A stretch of 36,439 nt of DNA from Trichoplax sp. H2 (GCA_003344405.1 NOWV01000236.1:62001-98439), one strand, 5' to 3'; positions 10,626-24,873 are shown, counted from the first letter of the stretch. Notes: generated by a model from the sequence alone, not told the origin. A program made the numbers and translations.

Positions 10626-13600
10626 CTATAATTTAGGAACATAGCGTGGGCTGTTCAATCGTGCTTCTTCTCGTCCACTTCGGCAAGTATCGAACATCAC
10701 AGGAAATGGTGGTAATAACTCTGTACCAGTTGCATGCATGCCGTAGAATGGTGGTGGAATTTTTCCAGCAAATTCGTCAACATTACCAGATCCCACCAAG
10801 GGATTGTTTAGTTTTTGCATTTTATAAGACTCAAGTGCCATTAGATCGTTTACCATTCGTGAATTATCTAGGTGTGGAAAAGTAGTCATAATTGGTCTGT
10901 TAAATGGTATGTGAGGTGCTGATGGTGCAGTCAAACCAATTAATGTCGGATTTATTTGCGGCATAACATTTGGTAATGCTATCGGCTTAGAAGTTATATT
11001 CATATGATCATGAGTTGCTACAAAATTGTTTCTGCCATAACCATGTAACATCTGTTGTAAAACTTGATTATGGTAAGTCGGCACTACATGATTTGGAGGG
11101 GTAACACGCAACACTTGGACTTCACGTTGTGGTGCTACTATTGAAGAGGTCATATTTGTGTTCAAAGTTTTATTAGCGTCCTGATTATTTAGTCGTGATG
11201 GATTATTAGTACTTTCTCTTCCCACGTCATTATTGTCTTCCAGCTTTGTAATTTTGTTATCTAATTATATACAACAAAGAATATGTGAGAAAATTGAAGC
11301 GAAAATATGGGTTATGTTTCATCCTTACGTATTATTGATTATAATTACTAAAGCTTTTTCTAGGATAATCTAATTAATGTACTTTAATTCTCGTAAATAT
11401 TACTGAAACGTAATGGAAGCTGTGGTGTGATACTAAAAATTTTGTATACTGTATATTTATTTATATAAGGAAGTGAATTTATTAACTTAGATGCGAACGT
11501 CTGTAATAACTTCTTGTAATTTAAGGATAGAATATACATAACTAGTGAAATTTCGTGATATTTAATAAGCATCACCTATTATATGAAAGCACGATGAAAA
11601 ATGAATGTTATAACAAGGTACTAATTAATCATGCATATTATAACATCTTGAGAAATGAATCCAATTTTACATCACTCGATTAATGAAACAGTTTAACAAA
11701 GCAATTATGTAATCATTTCTTCAATCATTTTATTTTTAAACCAATACTGTGACATTTGTAATAAATGTTACGATAACTAGTGACTCCATCAAGACAAATG
11801 TAATTGGCCGTTATCGATTTTTCCATAAAGCACGTAATCATTGCCTCGTCAGTAATGATTTGTGTCGTTTTCATGATATCGCAGTTACCCTCTGAACTCA
11901 CTCCCGACTGGCTAAGCTACTATATTATAAAATTTTATTACCATAATACGTAATAAAAAATAAACTGCAAGTATGGTGAGGATGTAATAATACAATTAAT
12001 CAAGCTTTAGCACAAAAAAATGTCGTCACCAAAATGCTTAACAGACAAATGACGTAAGAGCTATTATGAATAATTGAAAGATTATGCAGAAATTAGTAAT
12101 AATATCCTTCTAATAGAAAATTGAATTTTTTGTCTCTTTAGTAATTAAGCCCATATGCAATTTTGCAAGTTTTATCGACATTCTCAAATTGTCAGTAATA
12201 GCTAAATGTAATGTATTAAATAGAAATTAACAAAATTATCTTTCCCTTCAATAAACAAAAGAGTAGCCGTAATAATAGCTCACAAATCTAATTTAAAATC
12301 ACGTAATATAAATTGTAACCAAGCGAAATTTGAATCTTAATACAAAATGAAAACTTGTTAGCATAGATTAATGTCAAACTTTAACTTGTAATAATGCCTA
12401 TTTGTCATGTAAGGAATCATTTATCCGCATTATAAACTGATAAAAATTAAGATAGAATGAAGAATCTCGGTACACGCAAATACTGAATATTAAAATAAAG
12501 AGAATTTCAATAGGTAGTATATCCATGCCAGGGTCAACATGTCATGAAACAATCCTTTGCAGTTTGTAAAAAGCTAATAAAAATTCCAGTTATATAATAC
12601 TTGATTGAAATATACTGTATTGGCAAAGCCGGTGCCAACCAGATCACTTATACCGATACACTATCTCTATATTGATGAAAAAAATTCAACGAGAATCATA
12701 TTATTCGATGATAGTCGCTTACGATGACATAGCAATATTATCCTAAATATTAAAACGATTGGATTTCTATCTAATCAATGTTGACTGTAACAAAGAATAA
12801 AAATATTTTTCATATTGTTGTTACGACACAGCTTTTTTGCTATCTTTTGTTTATAAGTATTATAATCAATGATTAAGTTAACTCTAAATTACTTTCACTA
12901 ATCGATGTTGCTCCTATTAACAAATAAAGAATAGAATCAATTCTAGTCTATAAAATGAAGTGCACCTGGGATATATTCAATACATGATAATTTATCATAG
13001 TTGTCTGCGCGAACAAATCTTAATTGTTTATCGTTGTGTTAACTTTACGTCATAAAAAAGAAAAAATCTATTGATTGTTTCTATCATTGATAAATTTGTC
13101 ATCGTTACCCAATTATACTGTATCGGATTTGATTTCTTTTAAATATGTCAATTATTATTAATAGCTTTAGTAAATGCTTCTTGCCAATATTTAAGTAAAT
13201 AAAAACAACATACGATGATCTAATCACGAGAAATTACCCCTAAAAATCATATATTTGTATGCTAAAATTTGACAAATCGCTACTAATATAACATATATTA
13301 GAAAAGATTACTTCATATAATTTCAATTGACTTTGGTATGATAGAGTTGTAAACAACAATTAGATGTTAATCCTAGCCTTAATCTATGAAATAAGTTAAA
13401 ACAAAGTGATATTTTTCATTATTGTTTAAATGATTTATGTTTTAATTATCATTTTCAACGGATTTCATTTACTTGTATACAGTATGAGCTGCATCTATGT
13501 GCTTATATACAGTATGAGCTGCATCTACATGCTTATATATAAAACAGCACTTAATATTAGTCTATCGCAAGCAACCAAGAATAGTGTAACACAAAAACCA

Positions 13601-15832
13601 AGCCCAGTAATATTATTATCGGCTTAGTTAAATAAGCAGTAAAAGTTAATGGGGACAATGGTCCAATTTCAAATTAAATGATTCCTTTTTAACAGGTGCA
13701 TATTTTCCTTTTCGGTCAACGATATTGCAGGCGATAAAAGATATTATTGTCAATAATTAGATTTATTGCTGACGGAAGAAATAGAAAAATAAGCTAATGT
13801 ATACGTAGTGATTAGACGATAGAATTGTATCCGATAATCATTTGCTATAGTTCTAATACTGATGTGAATCATGTGTTGTAATCTAATTTTAGACAGTCAA
13901 TATGTCATAGTCGAAGCTATAAAAAGCAACAATAAGAAATTGATGTAAAAATTACATCAGAGAGCAATTGTAACATAAATAATGATTAATAGATCTAGCA
14001 ATTTACAGGAAAGTATGAATAAAGAATCAACTTGGTTAATTAAAGTAAATTGGATTGAACTTTAATGAATACGATCAGTTAGCCATTTTTACTACTTTTA
14101 TCGTTATCAAGGCTTTAGATACTTGCATAAAATAAATCACGAACTGGCTGTAAGAAAATAGAGTACTTATCCATTATCAATACAATAATGTCCTTATATT
14201 TTTAACTCGACAACATCACCGACAGACTGTGAATGTATTATTTGTCGCTAAAACCTAAACTGTGATTCAAAATTATGAAATAACATCTTCTGGGACCGGT
14301 GAATACCATAGTTATGTCAATTATGGTCGGACTTTAGGAAATAAAATGTCAGTTTAGTCCACATCAGCTATTGTATTAATCGACGTAATATCTACCATTT
14401 TAGACTAAATGTCTACACAATATATATTTTTTTATCTTTGCAAGATAATCCGTCGACTTCAATGTGTTGATATATTTATAGAATATTTCTTGTATATGCT
14501 TTACTCTAACGACTTTGGCTGAACTATCACTTGTTCCTAGTACTCATATTTTTCCTATACATGTCACTATAATCTGCTAACATTAATTATAGTTTGGTAG
14601 ATAAAAAGAATAACAACTCGATTTATGATCAACAAAAGCTATTTGGTTGATGTCTTTATCTCTAAAACAACAGAAATCATCCGATGAAAAATAAATCAAA
14701 ATACGTTCTCGTTTGTGCTACTGTAGCCGATCGAGTCCTTCAAATAAGTGCAAAATTGTCTTTTCTAAAATAAATAAAACCGATATCCAAAATTTGAAAA
14801 TGATGGCAGAAGAGGAAATAAAATTTAGCAGCAGCATTATCTGCTGATTTAACGAGCAATTATCACTTCACTACAGCTGAAATTACTTAATTAGACAGTA
14901 ACTAATAAAATATTCAAAGCTATTTTCTGATCTAAATAATACACTGTACGAGTATGCCACGCAATAGCATTGCATTACAGATAATCGTGTAAGAAAGCCA
15001 TATTATAGTACCGTAGTTATAATTATTGTCTATTATAATGAAGACCTATCGTTCATCTTAATCAAGACATTTTGGAAACTGAATTTAGTGAAAAGAATAC
15101 GAATCGTTTTAATCTCTCTATTGACAATAAATTATTCATAGTTACTCCTAACTTGCTATTTTTTTAGTAATTAAATTTCATTTTGGAATAAATTTGGGTA
15201 CATTTATAGTGTTTAAGAGAGAATATAATTAATAAGGCGAATAATTTCTAGTTTAATAATTAGATAATAAGCCGAAAATAATTCTATCTAAATTTTACTA
15301 GTACTTTTAAGAAATAAATATATTCATCATGGATTATACTACATTGATTGTCCACCATACCTGATGAATTGGCATCATCTGCGTTGTCTTTAGAGTGGTG
15401 CTTTCTTTTCAAACCACCTGGTTGTCTAGAAAAATCGACATGAACGACAGATTCGTCACTACTACAACATGATGATCTATCGCCTTCATGGCCATCGTGA
15501 CCGCATTCATTGATCAATATTTCTTCTTGAGCCTGTTGTCTCCTCAACGCAACTTGCGCCGCCATAATTCGCTGCCTTTCAGCAATTAAATTACACTTAC
15601 TACAAGTGCAATCTCTCCACGGACAGAAACGTTTATGGCCTTTTAATATGGATATGGTACCATGATTACGACAACGAGCACATTTTGGTGTACGTTGAAC
15701 TTTATCATTCGCATCTAATAACTGGCATCCATCGGCAGAATGATTACTTGTTGTTGTATTTATATCACTGATTGATGGCGAATTGCTTAGTTTAGGCGAT
15801 TTGGCTGTCATAGTCGATCCTTGAATCGTCAT
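10626..15832 (-). CDS. DMRT: DMRT (doublesex/mab-3 related) transcription factor, DMRTA (DMRT4/5/99B)-like; exons 15832-15361 and 11260-10626; ~368 aa
   Basis: Exon 1 has a complete DM domain and ends TCA G|GTATGG (phase 1). Exon 2 starts after ATAATTAG|AT AAC AAA (phase 1) and continues in frame into the 199-aa Pro/Asn/Met-rich ORF 10626-11225. The intron is 4100 nt (11261-15360), and small extra exons within it cannot be excluded. The start could be ATG 15832 or ATG 15811. Confidence 0.88.
13472..13540 (+). repeat. 30-bp tandem duplication (~2.3 copies) in the DMRT intron
   Basis: CTTGTATACAGTATGAGCTGCATCTATGTG / CTTATATACAGTATGAGCTGCATCTACATG / CTTATATAT. Confidence 0.85.
15521..15694 (-). 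other. DMRT: DM DNA-binding domain (intertwined CCHC/HCCC zinc module plus recognition helix)
   Basis: [58 protein letters not shown]; all zinc ligands are present. Confidence 0.98.
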
Positions 15833-18800
15833 CAAAGAAATAAGTTAGCTGTCATTATTTCCCTCTTATTAAGCATTATCATTGCAATTATAGACTCAGT
15901 CATTAGTGATATTAACTCAATATTGCTGCTAGCGATAATCTCTTTAGCTTATAATAATTTTGTTGCCAGTCAGTTGATAATCACACATGTAATTTTTTCA
16001 TTACGTGATAAATCGATTAAAATTCTATCTTGACATGGTCGAAAATTAAAGAAAATGAAAGAGCGATAGGCATGAATGACATATTTGCAATTGCTCCCTT
16101 GAATAGCTTAAATAAATATTGCTGGTTGCAATATCATAGGTAAGTCAATATTTACCGAATAGAATGCATAACTTCACTCAATAGAGTAAATATATGTAGT
16201 AGCTTAAAGCAACTCGGATTTTAGAATTATATTAAAACAATTTAAATACAATTATTTGCAATTTAGGAGTATCGAGACTATTTTCCTAGCCAAGAAAAAT
16301 GAGATAGAAAATTGCCTACTTTGGTATGGCACTTTTGATGAAACGAGATATAGTTTTAATCATTACTACAAACTGAATAAAAATTACAATCAATGATCAC
16401 ATTCCTTCCTGTAGTCTTTATTCTGTATGACTCATTCTACGATAATCTAGCTAACAGAATGATTGAGACAGTAACTTTTTGTATATAATTAATACTATAG
16501 TTTATAAGGATTTAATTTAATGTTGCAAGATTGAAAATAGAATGGTAAGGATTAAAATTGAAAGAAATATATCTATTTAAAATGATGAAAATTTTAGATA
16601 TCAAATAAGAAATTTAAACATTATCATTGAAACTTTTATTAACCTGGTTATTCCCAAATGATTCTTCGATGAAAACTGGTACAATTTTAAAGTCCTTTGC
16701 AATATTTTTTTCTCCTAAGGAGGCAAAATTGCTTTTACCTAATAGAAATAGTTATGCTTAAAAATCCTCAGATGATGAACTGGTTATAAGATGATGAAGG
16801 AGCAAAAATGATGGGCTTTAAATAGTGGGTGGCATCTATTCAATGATTACGTAAAGCAACAAACAACAACAGCAGCAGTTAGGCTAATAAGACAATACAT
16901 AAATGGTAGACAGAGTATTGAACGATTAAGATAAATTTAGTGAAAATATTGAATAGACAATATCATTTGAAGTTTAAAAATAACAGACGATTTAATAAGT
17001 AATCCTAACGGACAATGGATTAGCTAAGATGAATTTCTTTTTATTAATTTTGGACAGTCTATATTTCTATACTATACGTTCAAATTTACTGACAGAGATT
17101 GATAGCCAAAGTAGTCGTGATTATATTTTTATTTGTACATATTATATGCTTAATTGGTTTTGATCTACGCGTATAATTTATCCATCCTACAAGGGAAACA
17201 ACATCGAAGATGATCATCCAGTTACCAATCGATCAATTTTTCATATTTTTAATTAAGTTTTCTTCGCTTGTTTCTTTCTTCTTTCTGTGTAGTAAAATAA
17301 ACATTTAATGATGAAATAGTCAATCGTAGCTAAATTATTACATTTTAAAATTTTTATAATTTATGTAACCTCACTCGTAACCTGATTTTTTACAATAATT
17401 TACTTAACAAATAATGAAGATGATTTTTCTGGATTGGATGGTCAGCTTACACTATTGTTAATATACAATATTTTATTTTTTTTACATATGGTGTTACCTT
17501 GAAACAAATAATTAGCAATTACGACAATTAAATAATATCGTATTTTAAGGTAGCCAGCTTCAATAAGGACATCACATTTTATCAATTCTTTCCATCCCTT
17601 TTTTTATTTAATCCGTCTATCTTCCTTTTTTTTCTTTTTTATCTTGTTGTTATGATGATATAACTCATCTGGCCAGTTCGTGTTGTCATTGATGATAATA
17701 GAAAGAAATAGATGTACAATGAAGCGATTGAATTATCCATTTTCATTTTAATTCCTCTTGTAAATGGTAATTCTGATTCACCATCGGTAGCCTTCAATTC
17801 TGAATAGGCTTATAATTTAAGGCCAATATTGTCCGTTGATAGCCATTGTTTAAATTCACTTGTTACCACCTGCTCTTTCACTCCTGCATGATTGTTGCTA
17901 ACGTCTCAAAAGCAAACAAATGGAGGAGTGAGAGGAGGAGAAACGTTGGTTATTTTTTTATGTAAATCAAGAGTAATCAAAAAAATTTTAAAAAAGATGA
18001 CCTGCTATCATCATCTTCATCATAGCTATCGACCATTCTCATAACAATGATAACAAAATAGAAGGATTGGTTGATCAGTCGGGGGTGGGAATGCTAGAAG
18101 GAAAGTAAGAATCTGTTCTGTAGTAAGAAATTGATGAATACCGCAATGACTAGCATACACAAACCCTACTTGATTTTATCTACTTTACTGGCTAAGTATT
18201 AATAACAATACGGATCAAAGTAAAAAGGAGATGAGAAAGATATTCCCTACTCTTCATGGAAATATCATTTTGCTTCTACGTTGATAATCGGACTATTGTA
18301 ATTGGCAGCGGATAGAAAGTCAATAGATAGGACTAGTCAAGAGTTTTATTTTTAAATTTATTTATTCTATTTCATTTGTAATATCGTTATAGATTAAATT
18401 AAGAAAACAAACAACAGGCCCGCCAAGGTTACTTTGAATTCGATTAATATCGACCGACAAATTCGATTATAAACATTAAAAGAATAGAACAAATGGAAAG
18501 TGACCGCAGGCGGTTTTAATGCGACATTATCATCAAACAATCAAGGTGTCGCTTTGATAGATCAATGACTTGATTGATTTTGTTGTCACTTTATTTCTAC
18601 TTAATCAAGACGAAACATTCAAGAATACACCAAATTAATCGATAACTTTAATACTAGAAAGTTGATGCCAATATAATGTCCAAATCGATTCTTCTACTTA
18701 ATCATCCACAACATTGGTTTAATATCGAACTCATAGTTCAAATTGAAGGATGTAAAAAAAATGTATAGAAAAATATTGATGAAAATACCAAAGCATTATG

Positions 18801-21800
18801 TCAGATTTATAGCTATCATAACGATGGAAAATAATGTACAGTTAATTAAAAAATTATTCTCTTGTAACATTAATGAAATATTATCAACACAAATTAGTTT
18901 TTCTCTTAGCATCGATGACTAATTTACTTGCTCATGAGGGATTGGATCAAAGTTACTAGCAAGTTGGAATGATCTTATTGAAGTTGTTAGCATATTAAAC
19001 AGAACAAAAACATTAATACAAACAGTGAAGGAATAATCGTTTCAGCTCTGTGTATTACCTGCTGTAGCTCAAATTACTCAACAACTGCATATATTTGCCC
19101 AATAGCAATATTTAAGACAATTGAGATTATCCAACTTTACTAAATATAATTACTACAATTATTATATGTTATCAATTATGTTATTAATTCCAACCTTCTT
19201 CTCTCGTACCCTTAAATCACTCAATTTTAAGCATTTTATCAATCATACTAGCTATTGATAGCGATTAAAAACTGAATAATTAAAAAATATCGGTGCAGCA
19301 ATAATTATATGGATTAATTTAAGGACATAAAGGGCTTGGGGATTAACTGTCATTACAATAACTTAGTGCTTGCATTAAGGTAGAGTCAAACAGTTCTTTT
19401 TTAAATTAATATCCACTACATTACATCAATTTTAATCTTGAGTAATTGATACAGTAAGGCTTTCAACTCAAAGGGAAAACACTTCCCAGTGAGACGACAT
19501 CCAAGATCGAATATTAAAAATAAAGTTTCTTCAAAATTAAAATAAAATATCGATGGAATTTATCATCAAAATTGCCTCCGCTGTATGAAAAACAATTATT
19601 TTCTGCAATATTTTTTGGAGAATTTAAGCTGCTTTCTTTTAAAAAATAACATTTAGTATCGATAACACTACCCGTTTTTTTGCTATAGATCGAACAAATT
19701 GTATTTGAGCTGTTAAACAAATATTTATGCGTTATAATTTTATTGTAAGGAAATATAATTCTCTAGCTATTCTTTTTATTTCTAGGGACATTAATTATAA
19801 TTATCGACATTGTTGCCATCATGATACGAATTAATGATATAATTTTTTTAATATTTAAATTTAATATTGCAACAATCCAAGTATATCCCTTAACATCTAC
19901 ATATGATCAATCGTAACTACCTAACTACAGTATTATTAATGTAATTTATAGTATGCTGCTTATCAACTTAGTTTTCGATTATCACGGCAACGGAAAATTT
20001 GAAATTTAAAAACTCGCTGTGTATTACAGATAGTATATATGGACAATGATGTTTTATCTAATCCCAGACAAATATTTTTCTTGATTGATTTCATACTGCC
20101 CTTGCAATAAAAAAATCGATTCCTATTAAAGTCTTGATACCAGGTTAGTAGAAGAATAATTTCCGTTCATATTGATATTTTAGAATATTAAATTATCGTC
20201 ATGTGAATATATCAGACGTTACTGCTATAATAAGAGAAGCAACACAACAATTGAATAGGTAACACTTTGATAGAATAAAAATCTCACGAGAAATTCGACC
20301 CATATCATAGTAAATGAATAATCGCCTCTATTCAAATTAATAAAAAGGATTGATTTGCTTGCGTGCCGTGTTATTAATATAATAGAATCTATATTCTACG
20401 GATTAATATAAGCTATTCTCTCCATCCACTTTCTATTTTCCGTTACAAATTTTGTACCGTAACTATTTTATATTGTTGACTTCACCAGTAATCGTCAAGA
20501 AAAAAAATTAATTAAATACTAAGAATGTAACTAATCTTATAAAAATACTATATTTCTATGTCCATAAATTAATTGAATAGCTGTAAATCATTGTTACTAA
20601 AATAAATCTACTCTTGAATGCTCTCATTGCAAATTTATGACCCACAAGGCAAATTGCTTCCGATATATAGAATTTATATCATCTTCAAGTAAGCTTTTAT
20701 TGCTACACTATCATTAAAAAATTACTTTAATTATAACCAATTTAAAGTTTAACCTGAAAAGAATTTCTATTTAAAAGTAATATTAAGATATGCTTGTAAT
20801 AGAATAAATTGATGGTGTGTTATGGGAATCAATCTTGCGTAATATTGGAAAATAGATTATTGACTAAATGAAAGAAACAAAAGATTCTGATAGCGATCGA
20901 CAGAATAAAGGTCTGAAAAACTATCTAAGACATCACTACAGATCGATAGCTATGCTAATGATATCTACCTGTGCGGACATGTTATGCGAATGTTAAGCTA
21001 AAATGGCGATCCGTTGATAGAATAACATAATTGAAAAGTTGGGGCCAATGCTATCGCTGCAATATGGTAATCCAATTGCTATTTAATCACATTGATCAGA
21101 TGATGCAGCTTCGATGGTAAGAGAACAATGTTAAGAGTTAAAGTAAGAGTTGTTGAAGGTCAATATCAGCCACTTGTCTTAACATCATTATATGTTGTCG
21201 ATTGTTGATATTAGAATAACTTAAGACAAGTAACTTATCAATAGATTGTAGATATGAAAAACGACTAGTTGTTGTATAAATCTACTGTCTAGTGCCGTCA
21301 CTAAATGAAAAAAAGGAAATAGGAAACAGGACGTAATTGTAACTAGGTGATGACAGACAAAGAAGTAAATAGAGTTATTGCTGTGATTGAAGGTACTATT
21401 TTAATTATGAAGGGAGATATCAAGAAGAAAACAAGCAACACAGCTTTAAACATCCAATTGATCCACCTGCCTTGAGGTATAGATTGAAATGTAATCATAA
21501 TATTGTCTTATAATTGAATTGATGATTGAAAAAGAAAAAATAATTGATTTTGTTTTGAATCAACAATGCAATTGTTGTAGATTATCATTCACTATATATG
21601 CTGGGATACTTGTGGACATTAATTCTTGATGTAATCCTTTCAGTAAATGAAAAATTAATTTAGTTACAATTGCCTTCGGTCAGCATTACCTTTGTAAAGA
21701 ATTGATGATGAAGGTGTTTGCTATATTGTATCATTTAGGCTTGGACACAATCTTGTCTGTCTTTCTTTTAATTTTAATCATCGAATCAAATGCAAGTAAA

Positions 21801-24633
21801 CAATAGCTCTTACATCCAGGATTAAAATAAACGCTTTATAACTTCAATGGTTGGCAATATATAATTTTTTCCCCATTTACGAATTTCAGACAAAGAAAAC
21901 GCTAAATCGTGTAGCCATGCTAAAGCCGCGAGCAAAATCTTCTAAACAAAACAATAGTTATTGACTAATGGTCCTACAATACAAATTTAACAGGATTTCA
22001 TTCAAACTATAAGATCGACCAAGGCATCATTCTGCTGATTTCTATCAAAATTGACGGATTAAAATAACCAGACTGAGCTACTGTTATTGTTAGTTGGATC
22101 ATACTAAAACAGTTTCTTATTTGCTCTCTCTTCCCCACTGTCTTTCTTATTCTCTTTCGAAACTTGTTCGTTTAACTGTGATTTCAATTTAGTACCACGT
22201 CTCAATGATGACTACGTGAGATAATCTCCATTTTCTTTTGTATATAATTTCACAGTTTAACCTCTATAACTAGGAATAGAAAATAGCGCAAACAAGTAAA
22301 GAACTCTATAGACTACAACAATAGCAACATTTTAATCCATGTACAGGGTAATGATAACGTAATATCCCCTAAAACACTAGAAATACATATGTATAATCGG
22401 TAAGTGTATGAATGTAACCAAAAGAAAACCGATTTCTGACAACCCAACCTCTACTTGAAAATATTAATATTTCTCTCTTGTTAAAAATTACAGATAATTA
22501 CCCCAAGAAATAATGTACGGCTACAATATTCTCAGTAATGTACTTGTCTAAATCTTTTACAACTTATCGGTAATCGTAACTATATCAAATTTAGCAATAG
22601 TGTAGCATAATTTACACTATATTGCACAATTTTTAGGCGGGATCTTAATATTTCAAGTTGATACTTCAAATAACTTATAGTATGTATTCAAATTTCGATA
22701 AAGTTTCACAGCACTCACCACGACAACATAATTCCCTATGTAGTAGTCTATATTGTAATTTAAGTTTCGCTATATTCTGCGATCTCAATACACATGTAGC
22801 TTTGATTATTAATATATAACACAATGTATATAGATACAAAACAACAATTTGCAAACGATATGGTAGGGGTAGTAAGAGATTTAAAGCCAATAATACTTTC
22901 CGTTATATATTATTGATTACGATTAAATCGACTGGCCAGCCTTTACGATCATATGTTCACGACATTTGTGTATCATTAGCACACGAAAGATAATGAATGC
23001 TTTTATTGTTCTCGCTTGTAAATAGGCTACAAAGGCATGAAAATCTCAATCATGCTAGTCCTTATAAGGTATAAAATAAATATCTTGCTGCTGAAGATGT
23101 GCATCTCATACACTTTATTCGATAATTTTGCGAAGTAAAGCACGTGCTTTACCCGTATTTCTTAAGTGGACGCCTTAATAATAGCTTCATCTACGAGCAA
23201 CCCCTTTCTTGTTCACAATTGTTATCATTAATGTTAAATTTGTGAGTTTCTAAAGCTGTATAACCTAGTCCTTACTTTAGCAAACGATATGTATGATATA
23301 AATATTATAAATTCTTTATCTCTTTTGGAAATTAATGAGGTAGCTCTGAATACATAAGCGAGTGTCATCATTTCTAGTATTGGTCTTAATCACTAGCTCG
23401 ACTACTATACGTAACTTTACTTGCACTACTAATAGACTGAATATTGCCATATTATCCTAACATTTATTTTATCACATAGAAGCTTCATTTATATCGATCT
23501 ACACGAAGTACGTATACTCAAGTAAAGTCTTGCTTTTAATAAAAGCTAGTCTATTTATTTATCTTAATTTAGTTCTTTCACCAGATAATATTTAAAACCA
23601 TCGAAGCATCTTGCCTACGAATTATATTATTGATGTAAGTAATTATAATAATTAAAAATGTTGAAAAATTGTAGCTAAACAAATTTAAAGTTATATGATT
23701 AGTTGATGATTGCAGAAGTTTAGGAAAATCTAGTTATTGTAAAGTATGATATGTGCTTAATTAATCTACACCGTACGTTACATCACGTTAACATAGAATC
23801 TATAATCGACTGTAATAAGGTGAAATTTGTTAATTCGCATGTTTATTTTAGCATTGCGTGTACGTTGATATCAATAACATGAACAGTAGCGTTTATCTAC
23901 GATTGCTACTATAAGACAGCCTAGAATATTAACTCAATTTCATTGTTATTTCACGCCAAATTAGATTCCTATCGCAGTCATTATCAATAATATATCAGAT
24001 ATTGTTCGCACTATAAAGATAGTCATTTTATATTGATTGAATTATTCCAGTAATATGATTACATGCTATTATTGCTATCTTTATATAACCTAGCAACTGA
24101 TAACAAGTGAAATCAAGGCATCCTTAGATTTAGATTAAGATGAAGTTGTAATCATGAAAATATCGTATCATAATATAGAAATAACATAGATCGAAGCCAT
24201 TGCAAATAAATTGAATAATTAGCAATAATTTTCGAATAATAATGAGCGTAAACATACCTCCGTAGCTTTTAAAGCCGTTCAAGTCTAAAATTAATCGAAT
24301 CGAAAATTCGTCATCTGTACTCTGTGATACAATAAATTACATAATGGTTATTTGCCTTTATTGATTGCTTTAGCGTTCAACGAATTACTTCAATTATTAT
24401 TGTTTTCAACGATTACTTCAGTCTTACGGAATAGCAGACTTATTACTAGTACTTCTCGCCATTAGTTATCCATGATTCAGAATATAGTCCTAATAAGCAC
24501 ATGGTTTTCCATCTGAATCTTATTAATAAAATAATCTACCGAAAGATAGACGCTCCTGGTCAATACCGAATCATTGTTATAAGAGTAATTGTATTTAAAG
24601 TCCATATCATTTGGTGATAATAATTATTATTTG

Positions 24634-24653
24634 TGAGTCATCATGAGTCATCA
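24634..24653. promoter_or_regulatory. Tandem AP-1 (TGAGTCA) sites, (TGAGTCATCA)x2
   Basis: Exact TGAGTCA at 24634-24640 and 24644-24650, 10 bp apart. Function is inferred only. Confidence 0.35.
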
Positions 24654-24783
24654 GGCTTTTAACATTATTCTGAAAGCACATGCAATTCTATCATAGATAT
24701 TTTTAATAAGCATTATTTTTTTCAGGTTATAAATCAGCTAATTCACCTTACAGTGCCTCGAAATTTATTTTATTCATTGATTA

Positions 24784-24873
24784 TGCTACGGCTATTCCTA
24801 AGAATGATTTTATCCTTAAGGTTGGCCACGGCTAATGCTAAGACTGTGGCCATTCCTAAGAATGGCCGTAACA
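24784..24873. repeat. Short degenerate direct plus inverted repeat cluster (3 copies of a GGCYATTCCTAAGAATG-like unit)
   Basis: GGCTATTCCTAAGAATG (24790), GGCTAATGCTAAGACTG (24830), GGCCATTCCTAAGAATG (24848). It includes the palindrome GGCCATTC-CTAA-GAATGGCC and outer inverted arms TGCTACGGCTATTC / GAATGGCCGTAACA. Confidence 0.7.

Noticed and set aside
10646..10885. Plus-strand 79-aa ORF
   Set aside because: Antisense shadow of DMRT exon 2.
13430..13627. ORF with repeated YSMSCIY
   Set aside because: It results from the 30-bp tandem duplication and lies antisense in the DMRT intron.
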